In this document: positions 14,415 to 25,206 of the stretch, one piece after another | Numbering within the stretch: the stretch's first letter is position 1 | How the letters are laid out: every line of letters begins with the position of its first letter | IMG/VR virus record: IMGVR_UViG_3300044908_000045 | Coordinates: 1 to 64,000 of that record | DNA length: 64,000 bases | DNA from: a virus | Strand: one strand, 5' to 3' | Position numbers and translations under genes: made by a program | The notes under the pieces: generated by a model | Told to the model about the DNA's origin: nothing | Databases searched by the model: none | Seen by the model: the letters and a program-made list of their open reading frames with translations, nothing else

Positions 14415-15080
14415 ATGCTCCCGATCACGTTAACGGTTGGGCCGCTGGTCGCGGGCGCTGCGGCATTTTATGCGGCCTCTGCAACTCCGGTCAGCGGCGT
14501 GCCGCTCACGCTCACGGGGGCAGTGCCGGTGGTCCCGCGCCAAGTGCTGCTCACATACGGTAATGAAGCTGCGGCGCGTACACTGGTCGTAACCGGGACC
14601 AACGCCAGCGGCAATTCAATCCAAGAGACACTCGCCGTACCCTCTGGGGCTGGCGGTACAGTTGCGACCGTGCAGTCTTTTGCGTCAGTAACATCGGCAT
14701 TGCCATTGGGCTCCGGCTGGACTGCAGCCGCATCACTTGGAACGAATGGTGTCGCATCAAGCGATTGGAAAATCATCAACGCGCAGATGTTTGGCCCGAC
14801 CGAGGTCGCATTCGCGGTGTCGGTCACTGGCACTGTAAATTGGTCGATCGAACTGACCTACACTAACCCGAACGCCAACGCCAATCAGATGGGTGGTGCA
14901 TTCGGCAATGACCCAGCCCCAGTTACGGTTTGGGCTGGGCCGACTGGGCTGACTGCGCAAGCGGTGGCGGCGCAGGGCGTGATCAATGATCCGTTCTACG
15001 CTTGGCGGCTAACGGTTAACAGCGGCACCGGCAGTGCGACCGTGACCGCGATTGAGGCTGGCATGGCGGCGGTCGCCTGA
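14415..15080 (+). CDS. Virion structural protein
   Basis: Beta-rich A/T/G composition; position in the late operon. Confidence 0.65.
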   Translation: MLPITLTVGPLVAGAAAFYAASATPVSGVPLTLTGAVPVVPRQVLLTYGNEAAARTLVVTGTNASGNSIQETLAVPSGAGGTVATVQSFASVTSALPLGSGWTAAASLGTNGVASSDWKIINAQMFGPTEVAFAVSVTGTVNWSIELTYTNPNANANQMGGAFGNDPAPVTVWAGPTGLTAQAVAAQGVINDPFYAWRLTVNSGTGSATVTAIEAGMAAVA

Positions 15081-15089
15081 GAAAGCGCG

Positions 15090-16478
15090 ATGCCGCAAGC
15101 TTTACTAGAATCGTCAGGAACGACAAACTTTAATCCAAGTCTAGGTGAGTTTGTCATAGAGGCGTACAGTAGAATACAAGTACGCCCACCTTCGTTAACA
15201 AGAGATCATTTTGTCCAGGCGCGACTTTCGAGTAATTTATTGTTTAGCGAGTGGGCCAATATTGGAATGCCGTTGTTATTCGCTGTGCGTAGACTGCAAA
15301 TACCGCTAATTCCTGGCATTTCGTCTTACACATTGCCGTCCAACGTCATTGCCCCCCTCGACGCGTTCGTCAGACAATACTTTACGGGCAATGATGTAAA
15401 TTTCCTGCCGGCGTTTACGGCCCCGCCCGGCTCGTCGGTATGGAATGTGTACCAGCCACAGCACGGATACCGCCTTAACCAGATGGTGTGGTTCCCTGGG
15501 CAAATTGCGGCTGGTGGGATTATAATCGGTGGCGCGTACATCATCTCAGGAATTGTTGACGCGAATAATTATAATATTACAACGACTGAGCCGTCATCTG
15601 GCACGGGCAATATTCTATTCGGCGACAATGGGCAACCTCTGACCGACGACAACGGTCAGTTGCTGACGGACGGCACTGGGCTCTATCCGCCAGTCGTGCC
15701 GACTTTTTCGGCGACAGCGGGAACCGACCTTATCGGTGTCAACCTACCTGGGCATGGGATGTCATCTGGGTTGACGTATTACATCAATATTACGCTAAAT
15801 ATCGGCGGCATGATGCTGAACGGCGGTTTCACCGTGGTTGGCGTGCCAGACCAGAACAATTTTCAGATTCAGGTCAACCAGGATGCCGTCTACGGTACTG
15901 GCGAAGGATCGCCCCCAGTCTATCTGACCGGCGACAACGGCCAGATTTTACTGGACGACAACGGCAACCCAATCATTGTCACGCCCGGCGTCCCTGGCAC
16001 GCCGATCATGCTGAACGGCGGTCTCGCGCAGGCGCGGACGGAGTTGTATCACGATAACCATATTGACTTTATTTTGTACCCGCTAAGTCGCACAGAGTAT
16101 GCGATGCAACCAGACAAACAGATAGAATATAGGCCAACAACTTTTTGGTTTGACCGCCAGATAAACCCAAAAATAGTATTTTGGAATGTACCAGATAATT
16201 TTGGTCCTTACGTGATGAACCTTTGGGTTATGCAGCAGCAGGACGACGCGGTTATTGAGGGCGGCGTCGGAGTTGGCGTGCCATATCGCTGGTTTGACGC
16301 GTTTTGCTCTGGGCTTGCGCTGCGCCTGTGCCGCAAATTCCCGCCAGACCCACGGAGCGGCACCTCGATCGTCGATCTGCGCGCAGAATACCAGTCTGCA
16401 TTGCAGGCGGCTCTGCGTGAAGACGTGGAACGTGTACCGATGATGATAACCCCAGGGTTGACTTCATATTTCAGATAA
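15090..16478 (+). CDS. Head-tail adaptor/tail tubular-like protein with inserted beta domains
   Basis: SGTTNFNPSLGE..ARLSSNLLFSEWAN; LSRTEY..PDK..RPTTFWFDRQ; VPYRWFDAF. Confidence 0.7.
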   Translation: MPQALLESSGTTNFNPSLGEFVIEAYSRIQVRPPSLTRDHFVQARLSSNLLFSEWANIGMPLLFAVRRLQIPLIPGISSYTLPSNVIAPLDAFVRQYFTGNDVNFLPAFTAPPGSSVWNVYQPQHGYRLNQMVWFPGQIAAGGIIIGGAYIISGIVDANNYNITTTEPSSGTGNILFGDNGQPLTDDNGQLLTDGTGLYPPVVPTFSATAGTDLIGVNLPGHGMSSGLTYYINITLNIGGMMLNGGFTVVGVPDQNNFQIQVNQDAVYGTGEGSPPVYLTGDNGQILLDDNGNPIIVTPGVPGTPIMLNGGLAQARTELYHDNHIDFILYPLSRTEYAMQPDKQIEYRPTTFWFDRQINPKIVFWNVPDNFGPYVMNLWVMQQQDDAVIEGGVGVGVPYRWFDAFCSGLALRLCRKFPPDPRSGTSIVDLRAEYQSALQAALREDVERVPMMITPGLTSYFR

Positions 16479-16574
16479 CCCGTGAAGCGGGTGGCTTGGA
16501 AAATCCAACTTGACCTTCCGCATCCTCTAAGCAGATTATGCGCACGTAACTCCCACGCATGGAGGATGTCTCTA

Positions 16575-16976
16575 ATGGACGACAATGGCTTTGAATTTGA
16601 GACGCTGGAAGGATATGCTCCGAGCATAGCTTATGAAGAGGAAATCTCCGATCCCGCTGTCATGCTCGACCCGGCAAACGAGATCGTCATCCGTTACGAC
16701 TATCCACTTCGATCTTCAGTTCAGTTTACTGAACGGTCAGTAGACGGTTTTACTGCCGCCGTGTTTTTATCAGCGGTTCGGGCACGGTATGCCGAAATGT
16801 ACTCTGAGGAAAGGCGTACATCAACGATCAAGGAAGGGCGCATAGCAGAGGGGTGGCTGAACCGAAATGAGACCAATGGGACTTACGGTATCATAGGTCA
16901 CGATATTGACGATTTGACACTTGATTCCGCCAATAAGAATGCCGACGGCACATGGTCAATCGTAGTCTGCTCTTGA
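16575..16976 (+). CDS. Hypothetical acidic protein (moron-like)
   Basis: GGAGG RBS; DYPL...NRNETNGTYGIIGHDIDDL. Confidence 0.65.
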   Translation: MDDNGFEFETLEGYAPSIAYEEEISDPAVMLDPANEIVIRYDYPLRSSVQFTERSVDGFTAAVFLSAVRARYAEMYSEERRTSTIKEGRIAEGWLNRNETNGTYGIIGHDIDDLTLDSANKNADGTWSIVVCS

Positions 16977-17018
16977 TGCTGGCGACCACGGTTGTGGTCA
17001 TTAAATGGAGAACGAGCG

Positions 17019-17243
17019 ATGGCAGGCAAAATCTACAAGCTCGATCGGTCGGGTCACGGCGAGGTAGCGACTTGGGGTGATGATGCCGCATCGCGCGCGG
17101 CAGGCGCTGCGGCCTTCAATGATTTGGTCAAGAAACACTACACCCTATTCGATATCACCAATCCGCAGAGCGGGCGGAAACTGGACGCGTTTGATCCTGA
17201 CGCCGAGGAGGTGATCGCGGTGCCGAGGATGCAAGCGGGGTGA
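17019..17243 (+). CDS. Small protein with ubiquitin-like C-terminal tail (ends PRMQAG)
   Basis: GGAG RBS; LDRSGH..W..AFNDL..Y..FDPDAEEVIAVPRMQAG. Confidence 0.7.
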   Translation: MAGKIYKLDRSGHGEVATWGDDAASRAAGAAAFNDLVKKHYTLFDITNPQSGRKLDAFDPDAEEVIAVPRMQAG

Positions 17244-17914
17244 CGGACGGTAAGACCTATTCGTTTGGCGGACTCGGTCGCCCGAAACCATTCCCTGAAT
17301 TACTAGTTGCGTCGGAGCGGTTTCAGTGGGGTTGGGTTAACCCGCGTGCTATCTGGAGTGATCCGATGGGTGTGTCGTTCAGCAATGTCTCTGGTTTCGG
17401 CATCACTATCCCTCGACAATATGCCAACGCATACCAGTACGCAGCTCAAGAGCAAATCCGAGCCCAACTTGGTCAGATGGCGGCCGCAAGGGTCGGTCGC
17501 CTCAGAGATCTGCTGCTCCCTGGGTTGCAAGCGGTGGCCGGGGCTTATCCCACCATCCCGCAGCACTGGGAAGCCATGTTTGCGGCGCCTCGCATTGACG
17601 GCGAGACGGCGGCGCGTTCCAGGGAACGGTCACGGGGGCTGCTGAAGAGCTTGCTGACCGATGCGCAGTGGGCGGAATTTGAAAGCGCTGGTCGTGTCAC
17701 TGAAAGGCTGGGGGGGTGTGAGTTCATACTGACGCCTGGGGGGATGATCGAAGCCAGCAAGCGGCGGATCAGAGAACGCTGGTGCGTTAACCCGGACCCG
17801 TATGCAGATGGCAATGACTTCATGCCGCGCGAGGATCTGCTGATCGGCCAACTGCTCCATCTGCGTGCCGGGCCAGACAAGCTCCGAGCGCAGGCGAATG
17901 TCTTCCAAGCGTAG
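17240..17914 (+). CDS. Partner protein of the small Ubl-like gene
   Basis: GTGA overlap; RSRGLLKSLLTDAQW...WCVNP...PREDLLIGQLLHL...AN. Confidence 0.7.
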   Translation: MTDGKTYSFGGLGRPKPFPELLVASERFQWGWVNPRAIWSDPMGVSFSNVSGFGITIPRQYANAYQYAAQEQIRAQLGQMAAARVGRLRDLLLPGLQAVAGAYPTIPQHWEAMFAAPRIDGETAARSRERSRGLLKSLLTDAQWAEFESAGRVTERLGGCEFILTPGGMIEASKRRIRERWCVNPDPYADGNDFMPREDLLIGQLLHLRAGPDKLRAQANVFQA

Positions 17915-17923
17915 GACAGCCCG

Positions 17924-18163
17924 ATGATTCCCGACACGATTGAAATCGACCTCGCGTCGCTCAAGACGCCAGAGAACGTGGATCGCCGCGCGCACATCGC
18001 GACACTGCTGCGGCAGATTCTATGCAGTGCCGAGGTGACGCCCACCGCCAACGAGGCTGGTGAGTGGGTTTTGGATTTTGATTGGGAGCCGATCTTTGGC
18101 GCAGTGACGCTGAAGAAACTACCGCCCGTGACGTTCCGCCAGCGGGTTAAGGCGCAGGGCTGA
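17924..18163 (+). CDS. Hypothetical protein
   Basis: AGGA RBS, co-oriented. Confidence 0.5.
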   Translation: MIPDTIEIDLASLKTPENVDRRAHIATLLRQILCSAEVTPTANEAGEWVLDFDWEPIFGAVTLKKLPPVTFRQRVKAQG

Positions 18164-18263
18164 CAACCCTGCAATCTTTCTGCTATATATAAGGTAGCGT
18201 TCCGCGTCTGAGCGCTGACGTTGCCGCCTGCCGCGCTGGACGGGCTGGTGCCAGGATTGGCGG

Positions 18264-21140
18264 ATGCGGTGGCATCTGGCGCTTGCGGCGGCACTGATAG
18301 GCGTCTGGTCGATCACGGCTCACGCCGCATCGACGATCGTCCCTAATCTATTGCCGATCGGCATTCCTGCCAATGCGGGGCTGATTAACCAAAACTTCGG
18401 CAATGCGATCAACGACGTTAACGCGTTGCAGACGCAGAATGCGGGCGTGACGGCACCGTCGAACCCAAGTGCAGGCAATCTCTGGCTGTCAATTCCGCAG
18501 AACTCGACGACGTTCACCCTGAACGAATGGGATGGGAAGGTCTGGGTGCCGATTGGCTCGTTTGATTCGGTCAATCACATCTGGATGCCGCCGATTGGCG
18601 GGGGCGTGCCGCCAACGATCCTTAGTGCGACCACGACTGATCTGGGCTCAGTACCGCAGGCGACCGTCTCCATCTCAGGTGTGAACGCGATCCAGAGCTT
18701 TGGCGCGAGTGCCCCAGCAGGCACGATCAAGGTCGTGCTGTTCACGGCGGCTACGCCACTGATCAACTCAGCGTCCCTGATCCTGCCACAGGGCGTCAAT
18801 ATCACTCAGACGGCGGGCAGCAATATCTCTGCGTTGGCGCTCGGCGCAGGCACTTGGCGGGTGCTGTTCGATTCGGACATCGTAGCGCCGACGTTTAACA
18901 TCACAGGCGGAGCGGTAGCCTCGAACAATGCGGCACTGGAGGCGCTGCCATCGACTGCGACCACGTTCGTAACCCGTCTTGGGTTCGCGGCTGCGGGTGA
19001 TGCGCCACCCCTTGGATTCATTCCCAGCGGATCGGCGTGCATTCTGAATGCTGGCGCAGGTGACGGCGGTTCCCAAGTGGCGTCTGCTGATGGCAAGTGC
19101 TGGTTGGCACGGTTTTCTGGCTCGATGGATATACGAGAGTGGGGTGCCGATCCAACGGATACCAATGATTCGACTGGTCCCGTTACGGCGGCACTTGCGT
19201 ATTGCGGAACTGTTGGGGGCACAGTCACGCCAGGGAATGGTGCTTACAAGGTTCTTTCTGCAAACATAACGGTGCCGACGGGCTGTACTTGGGATTCTGG
19301 AATCTGGATCGGCAATCAGGTAGGAACTGGCGGCTCCGCCATTTTTGCGACTAAGCCCGCGATTTGGCTGAACCCAGCCTTTACCGTTCAACTTGCCAAC
19401 AATGCGGGTTTCTATAATACAGCGGTGTTTCAAAACGGACTCTCGGTGCCGACGAGTCTGCGCACCGCCTACCAAGGAATCGCCTCCTTTGCTGGAACCG
19501 CATTGACCGCGGTCGGCAACAATCCGCATGTCAGCGATGTCTATGTAATTGGCTTTAATCAAGCGTTCACCCAGTCAGCGTCCCTCGCAACTTCAGCTTG
19601 GGCGCGCCCGTATATCGATCATTTCTTCTATGACAGCACCAACGGTATCAGTCTAACCAGCGTTCAAGATGTCGGCACTATCAGTACGATCGAGGGGTTC
19701 CCATTCTATACTGCAAATCAGGCATGGAGCGCGGTTACCAGTTCAATCAGCGCCATAGCGAATAACGGGTCTGGAGCAATCAGAATCACAGTCCCGTCGA
19801 CTGCGACTTTCCAGACTGGCGATGTTGATGAGGTCGGCAACATTGTCTCGGGCTCGACTGGGGCTCGGGGACGTTGGCCAGTGACGGTCGTTGATGCGAC
19901 GCACCTTGACCTCCAGGGATCGCAATTTGCACCTGCACCAGTATGCACCTGGGGTGGCGTCTTCGTGCTCGGCTCGCAGGCCATGACGTGCAATTCCGTC
20001 AGTGGACTATGGGTCGGAATGGTGATCCCCGCAACAGCCGGCATCCCCACAAATGATTCGATTCTGGCGATTGATCAGCACAGCGATACTGTGTACTTGA
20101 CGAGCCCGGCGACCGCTGGAGGCAGCGCTGTCACAGTGAATTTTGCTCAGGGGGGCAGTTATTCTGGTGACGGCATCATATACCAAAACACGATTTACCG
20201 CACAGGGAAAGGACTGGAGATTCTGAACTCGGCAGAAGTAAAATTTAACGACGTTTTTCTATATGGGTATGATACCAGCTATCACTTCGGTGGTAGCGCG
20301 GTCAATGCGTGGGCGCACTGTGTTAGCTGTAGCGATGACCATTACACGCCGCCAGGCGACCCGACATCAGTAAGTCTCTTGATCGATGGCGAGGCTGGTG
20401 TCTCCAGTTGGATTGGTGGCCAATTAAACGGTGCTGGAACCGCCGTCGTGATGAACACGACTAACGGCAATGCGCAGACCATATCGGACGCATGGATCAG
20501 TACCAATTCTGGGCTTCACATGGCGATGAGCCTACAACAAGGGCGGCTCACGCTAGTTGGCGACACGATGTATAATAGCCAGATTTCTATCCTCGACACC
20601 ATTAGCAATGTGACACTAGGCGCTGATGATTTCTTTGGGTCATCCATACTATTTAATACGGCAACCGGGTTTGCACAAGTAAGAACCAATATTGACAGCG
20701 CTACTATACTGGCTGCTGGCCAGGGGGCCGTCTACCAGAAGGCTTGCGTTGATCCAAGCGGGTTGCAACTACAACTCCAATTCGGTGGGTCATCTACCGG
20801 AATCACCTATGCGGCTAACAATAATGCTTGCTACTACCGCAATGTCGGCGGGTTTATGATTGTTACCTTCAATATGCTGCTGACTTCTAAGGGAAGCGCT
20901 ACGGGGGCTGCTACATTGGCCAATCTGCCGCTGGCATCGCAGATCATCTCCGTCGGGACTGGCGCTCTATACGGGAACAATATGAACTCCCTGACGGGAC
21001 AAGTTCTGGCTCAGGTTAATCCTGGCTCGACCACCGTGTACCTGTTCGAATCTGGCACTACTGGGGAAACGACCTTGACCAATTCGAGTTTTAATAACAA
21101 TAGCGAGATCGCTGGAACCATAACGTATCCGATTCAATGA
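18264..21140 (+). CDS. Tailspike/fibre-like protein with pectin-lyase-like beta-helix and N-terminal signal peptide
   Basis: DIREWGADPTDTNDST tailspike-type motif; beta-helix composition; MRWHLALAAALIGVWSITAHA. Confidence 0.75.
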   Translation: MRWHLALAAALIGVWSITAHAASTIVPNLLPIGIPANAGLINQNFGNAINDVNALQTQNAGVTAPSNPSAGNLWLSIPQNSTTFTLNEWDGKVWVPIGSFDSVNHIWMPPIGGGVPPTILSATTTDLGSVPQATVSISGVNAIQSFGASAPAGTIKVVLFTAATPLINSASLILPQGVNITQTAGSNISALALGAGTWRVLFDSDIVAPTFNITGGAVASNNAALEALPSTATTFVTRLGFAAAGDAPPLGFIPSGSACILNAGAGDGGSQVASADGKCWLARFSGSMDIREWGADPTDTNDSTGPVTAALAYCGTVGGTVTPGNGAYKVLSANITVPTGCTWDSGIWIGNQVGTGGSAIFATKPAIWLNPAFTVQLANNAGFYNTAVFQNGLSVPTSLRTAYQGIASFAGTALTAVGNNPHVSDVYVIGFNQAFTQSASLATSAWARPYIDHFFYDSTNGISLTSVQDVGTISTIEGFPFYTANQAWSAVTSSISAIANNGSGAIRITVPSTATFQTGDVDEVGNIVSGSTGARGRWPVTVVDATHLDLQGSQFAPAPVCTWGGVFVLGSQAMTCNSVSGLWVGMVIPATAGIPTNDSILAIDQHSDTVYLTSPATAGGSAVTVNFAQGGSYSGDGIIYQNTIYRTGKGLEILNSAEVKFNDVFLYGYDTSYHFGGSAVNAWAHCVSCSDDHYTPPGDPTSVSLLIDGEAGVSSWIGGQLNGAGTAVVMNTTNGNAQTISDAWISTNSGLHMAMSLQQGRLTLVGDTMYNSQISILDTISNVTLGADDFFGSSILFNTATGFAQVRTNIDSATILAAGQGAVYQKACVDPSGLQLQLQFGGSSTGITYAANNNACYYRNVGGFMIVTFNMLLTSKGSATGAATLANLPLASQIISVGTGALYGNNMNSLTGQVLAQVNPGSTTVYLFESGTTGETTLTNSSFNNNSEIAGTITYPIQ

Positions 21141-21160
21141 TCAAGCCTGCGTAATTCGAC

Positions 21161-21895
21161 ATGACCTACGAAGAGAATCTTCGCATCCTAGCCGAGCTTG
21201 CTGGCGACAGCGCGCTGGAGCAGGACCCAGATTTCCTGAGCTACATGCCGTACTGCATCTCGTCGGCTGAGTTGCGCATCTGCCGCGACCTCGATCTGCT
21301 GTCGACATACGTCACCGACAACTCCGGCAAATTAACCATCAACAGCAAGATCTTCCAGTTGCCGACCGACGTTGGGATTTTCATCGTGGTCAGCCAGCTT
21401 AGGATCATCACCCCAAGCCCATCCGGTCCTGGAGTACCAGGCATCTTCGGGCCGCCATTGCTGCCCACGTCGAAGGACTGCATCGATTCGTTGTGGCCAT
21501 TGGAAACCGCGCCATCCTTCCCAAGCATTCCTAACCAATGGTGCCCAATAGACCAAGCGACCGTCGAGGTCGGGCCGCCACCAGACCAGGATTATTTTGT
21601 CAGCGTCTTCGGGACGCAACGACCGATCACGCTCGGTCCTAAAACGCCAGCACCAGGCACCTTCATCAGCGTACAGTTGCGCGATCTGTTCGTGGCTGCT
21701 GAGATGTTAGAAATAAGCGCCCAGCAGCGCAATTGGTCGGCCCATGGCGACGACCCGCAGATGGCAATAGGGTGGCGAAACGAGTACGATAAACTTATGG
21801 CGCCAGCTTTGATTGAGGAATACCGCAAAAAATTGCAGAGCACGGGGTGGCATCCAGGATTTCCGCCGCGTGCCGCCACCCCACCTCAAACCTAA
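21161..21895 (+). CDS. Head-to-tail connector-like protein
   Basis: ISSAELRICRDLDLL, GPPPDQDY, DDPQMAIGW motifs; position before the gp10-like gene. Confidence 0.65.
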   Translation: MTYEENLRILAELAGDSALEQDPDFLSYMPYCISSAELRICRDLDLLSTYVTDNSGKLTINSKIFQLPTDVGIFIVVSQLRIITPSPSGPGVPGIFGPPLLPTSKDCIDSLWPLETAPSFPSIPNQWCPIDQATVEVGPPPDQDYFVSVFGTQRPITLGPKTPAPGTFISVQLRDLFVAAEMLEISAQQRNWSAHGDDPQMAIGWRNEYDKLMAPALIEEYRKKLQSTGWHPGFPPRAATPPQT

Positions 21896-23874
21896 TGGCT
21901 CTTATTCCGATCCGGTTGCGGCCTGGCGTGACGACGCAGCCGACCCCATTACTAAATGAGGGGGGGTACACGTCAAGTGCCAACGTGCGCTGGAAAGACA
22001 CTTTACCAGAAAAATACGGCGGCTATGTCCAGTTCGCGCAAGCGCCGCCTAGCGCTGGAGTGCCGCTAGCATTACAGGCGTGGACCTCTCTGGCGAACCT
22101 AGACTTTCTCGGCATCGCCTGCTTTCACGGCCTTGAGGTTTTCCTGTCGGAGCAGGTCTACGACATCACGCCGAATACAATATTCTCGCTGGTGCCGCTG
22201 TCAATCTCGACCACCACCGGCAGTGCCGTCGTTGTGATCGCAGACTCGGTCAACGCGCCGATTGTCGGTGAGTGGTTTCAGATTCACGATCCCGTTTCTG
22301 TTGGCGGCATCATCCTGCAAGGAAGTTACGGGGTCACCGCGATCGGCGCAGGCACCTATTCGATTATGTCAGCGGTCGAGGCGACATCTTCGGTGGTGGC
22401 TGGTGGCCAATCCCGCATTCTGACCACGGTTGCGGGCTCTAAGACAGTGACTGTCAATTTACCCAACCACGGCTTGTTCAATGGGCAAATCGCGAGCTTC
22501 CCAGACCCCACGCCGATCGGCGGTCTGACGCTGCAAGGCAATTATTTGACCGTCTACGTTAACTCTAGCACTTACGAGGTGACAGCCGCGACTGCGGCAA
22601 CGTCGAGTGTAACCGAGCCTGAGCAGCAGGCTGCATTCGGCGCTGGCGAGGCAATGCAGATTACCTTCTTCAATCCCGCGACTGGTGGGACGCAAGTTGA
22701 TATGCACGCCTCGCAGGCGACGATGGCGAACTGGGGCGAGTTTCTGATGTGGTGCCCGCAGTTCGGTCCGGTGTTTGTCTGGATGCCGGCATCTGGGACA
22801 TCAGTCCCAGCCCAGGACATCACGACCGCACCGCAGAGCAACGGCACCATTTTTGTCGCGACACAAGAGGAGCAACTTTTCTGCCTCGGCAGCGTCAATG
22901 CGGCGACTGGTCTGTTTGACCCAATGCTGATCAATTGGTCTGATGTTGCTGATTATACTGATTTTATTCCAACTGTTACCAATCAAGCGGGCGACTTTCG
23001 CTTGGTGACTGGCTCGCGAATTGTAGGTGGCTTGGCGTTGGCAGGCGGCAATATCATCTGGACCGACCTGTGTGCGTATTGGGCGCAGTATCTTGGGCCG
23101 CCTCTGGTTTGGGGGTTTCAGCCTATTGGGCTCAATTTTGGTTTGGTCGGGCCGCATGCTTTTGGCACGTTGGGAGCCAATGTATTCTGGATGACCCAGC
23201 GTCAATTCGTGTTCGTGTCGCCGGGCGCGTCGCCGCAGGTCATGGCGTGTGCGGTCTGGGACTTGGTGTTCAAGAACATGGATCTGGCGAACCTCTCCAA
23301 TGTCGTGTGCGAGACCAATTCCTTCTACAATGAGGTATCGTGGGAGGTGCCGCAGGCGGATGGGACTGTGACCCGCGCGACCATACAGATTGATACGGGG
23401 TTGTGGAGCTACACGGTTCTGCCTAATAACAGTGACGACGTGCCACGCAGGGCGTGGATTGACCAGTCGGTGTTTGGTGCGCCACTGGCAGCTGATGCAA
23501 CCGGCATTATCTGGCAGCATGAAACGGGGAAGAATGCTGGGACGCGACCACTGGCGTGGTATCTGAAGACGGGTATTATCATGGTCGCCGAGGGCGACCA
23601 GATTACGTTTTTTAGAGAAGTCAAGCCAGACTTCAAGTTTAGCGAAAACGGCCCTGGCCCTGGTGTTGTCCAATGCAAGATTTATGTCTACCAAGATCCG
23701 CAAGATCCGCCCACAGTTAAGGGGCCATTCTACATAACAGATGCGACGCGGTCTATTCCGGGCGCGCGTGGTCGAGGACGAGGAATACAGTTCGAGTTCA
23801 GCGGTAACGATATGAATTCGTTTGTGCGCGGAGGTTTGGTGAGATATCGTGCATCTCAAGATGGTCGCCGCTAA
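21895..23874 (+). CDS. P22 gp10-like tail hub/DNA stabilisation protein
   Basis: IRLRPGV..NVRW..PEKYGG; INWSD...NQAGDFRL..GSRIV; IWTD; RGRG. Confidence 0.75.
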   Translation: MALIPIRLRPGVTTQPTPLLNEGGYTSSANVRWKDTLPEKYGGYVQFAQAPPSAGVPLALQAWTSLANLDFLGIACFHGLEVFLSEQVYDITPNTIFSLVPLSISTTTGSAVVVIADSVNAPIVGEWFQIHDPVSVGGIILQGSYGVTAIGAGTYSIMSAVEATSSVVAGGQSRILTTVAGSKTVTVNLPNHGLFNGQIASFPDPTPIGGLTLQGNYLTVYVNSSTYEVTAATAATSSVTEPEQQAAFGAGEAMQITFFNPATGGTQVDMHASQATMANWGEFLMWCPQFGPVFVWMPASGTSVPAQDITTAPQSNGTIFVATQEEQLFCLGSVNAATGLFDPMLINWSDVADYTDFIPTVTNQAGDFRLVTGSRIVGGLALAGGNIIWTDLCAYWAQYLGPPLVWGFQPIGLNFGLVGPHAFGTLGANVFWMTQRQFVFVSPGASPQVMACAVWDLVFKNMDLANLSNVVCETNSFYNEVSWEVPQADGTVTRATIQIDTGLWSYTVLPNNSDDVPRRAWIDQSVFGAPLAADATGIIWQHETGKNAGTRPLAWYLKTGIIMVAEGDQITFFREVKPDFKFSENGPGPGVVQCKIYVYQDPQDPPTVKGPFYITDATRSIPGARGRGRGIQFEFSGNDMNSFVRGGLVRYRASQDGRR

Positions 23875-24574
23875 GACTCTGTCGGGAATAATCCGCAAAC
23901 AAGCTCGCGAGAGCGGCCTCAAGCGGTATTTCACAGGCAATCCGTGCAAGCATGGGCACGTTGCAGAACGCTTCGTATCATCAGGTGGCTGCGTGGCCTG
24001 CGCGATCGAGCGCCTCGCGGTCTATGACATAGAGAAAAGGCATCTTTATGCGAAGCGCTCCAAAGCAAAAAATAAGGACAAAGTCCTCGCCTATAATAGG
24101 GAATACAACCGCCGCATGCGTGCTGCGCACGGAACTGAGCTAAATGAGCGGCGTAAGTTTTTGTATCAGCAAAGCGCCGAGAGACGAGCGAGAGTTTACG
24201 AATCAGTCAAGCGCAGACGACAAAAAAATCCATCCCAGCATCAGGCCGAAGTTCGGCGTTGGCAGGAGCGCTATCCTGAGAAATACAGAGAGCTTAGCGC
24301 AAAGTCGCGAACAAATCGTCGAGCCAGGAAGCTAGGTGCACCTGGGAAATACACCACAAAAGACGTTAGAGAGATCGTCGGCAAACAGAAAGGTCGGTGT
24401 GCTGGATGTGGCAAGCGGCTCGGCGATAAGTATGAGGTTGATCACATACAGCCACTCAGCCGGGGCGGATCGAATGACCCATCAAACCTACAGGCGCTGT
24501 GCACTCCATGCAATCGACATAAATCGTTCAAGGACCCGATTGTCTGGGCTCGCGAACAAGGCAGATTGCTCTAA
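23861..24574 (+). CDS. HNH homing endonuclease
   Basis: RYFTGNPCKHGHVAER N-terminus; CAGCG..VDHIQPLSRGGSN..NLQALCTPCNRHK. Confidence 0.9.
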   Translation: MVAAKTLSGIIRKQARESGLKRYFTGNPCKHGHVAERFVSSGGCVACAIERLAVYDIEKRHLYAKRSKAKNKDKVLAYNREYNRRMRAAHGTELNERRKFLYQQSAERRARVYESVKRRRQKNPSQHQAEVRRWQERYPEKYRELSAKSRTNRRARKLGAPGKYTTKDVREIVGKQKGRCAGCGKRLGDKYEVDHIQPLSRGGSNDPSNLQALCTPCNRHKSFKDPIVWAREQGRLL

Positions 24575-25206
24575 TGTCTGGTATTCCTTCTGGCTCGATC
24601 CCGGCTGGCGCTCGTGGCGCGACCCCCGGTCTGACGCAGATCGACACCGACCTCCAGCAACTAATCAAGGCGATCAACCGGCTGACCGAGACGACCGGTC
24701 AAATCCCGACCCTAGTGCTGGTGACCCAGGGAGGCACTGGGGCAACGACGGCTGCGGGCGCGCGCACGAACCTCGGTATCGGCACGCTTGGCACTGAGAA
24801 TTCCAACAGCGTCGCGATCACTGGCGGCACGATTGACGGCACGAACATCGGCGAGACTACGCCAGCGTTCGTGGCGGCGACGACATTGATCAACAATGGC
24901 GCATCCGCAGACGAGTCGGGCGACTATCACCAGCCGGCGAGCGGCTTTACGATCACGGTGCCCAACGGGTCATCATGGCTGATCCTTGATCCGTCAGGAA
25001 CGCTCGGTTCGGGCACGGTGGTGATGCCGGTGGGGCCGATTGATGGGCAGAACGTGATCATCTCGACATCGCATGCGATCACTGGGTTCACCGTGTCGCC
25101 AAACGGGCCGCAGACCCTAAACGGTGCGCCGACAACGATTGTGGCGAACACCTCGATGTGGTGGCGCTATCGCCTCGCCAATACGACATGGTACCGCCTA
25201 TTATGA
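24574..25206 (+). CDS. Virion protein (tail needle/fibre-like)
   Basis: GGTGATTAAGARTNLG and AITGGTIDG fibre motifs. Confidence 0.7.
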   Translation: MSGIPSGSIPAGARGATPGLTQIDTDLQQLIKAINRLTETTGQIPTLVLVTQGGTGATTAAGARTNLGIGTLGTENSNSVAITGGTIDGTNIGETTPAFVAATTLINNGASADESGDYHQPASGFTITVPNGSSWLILDPSGTLGSGTVVMPVGPIDGQNVIISTSHAITGFTVSPNGPQTLNGAPTTIVANTSMWWRYRLANTTWYRLL

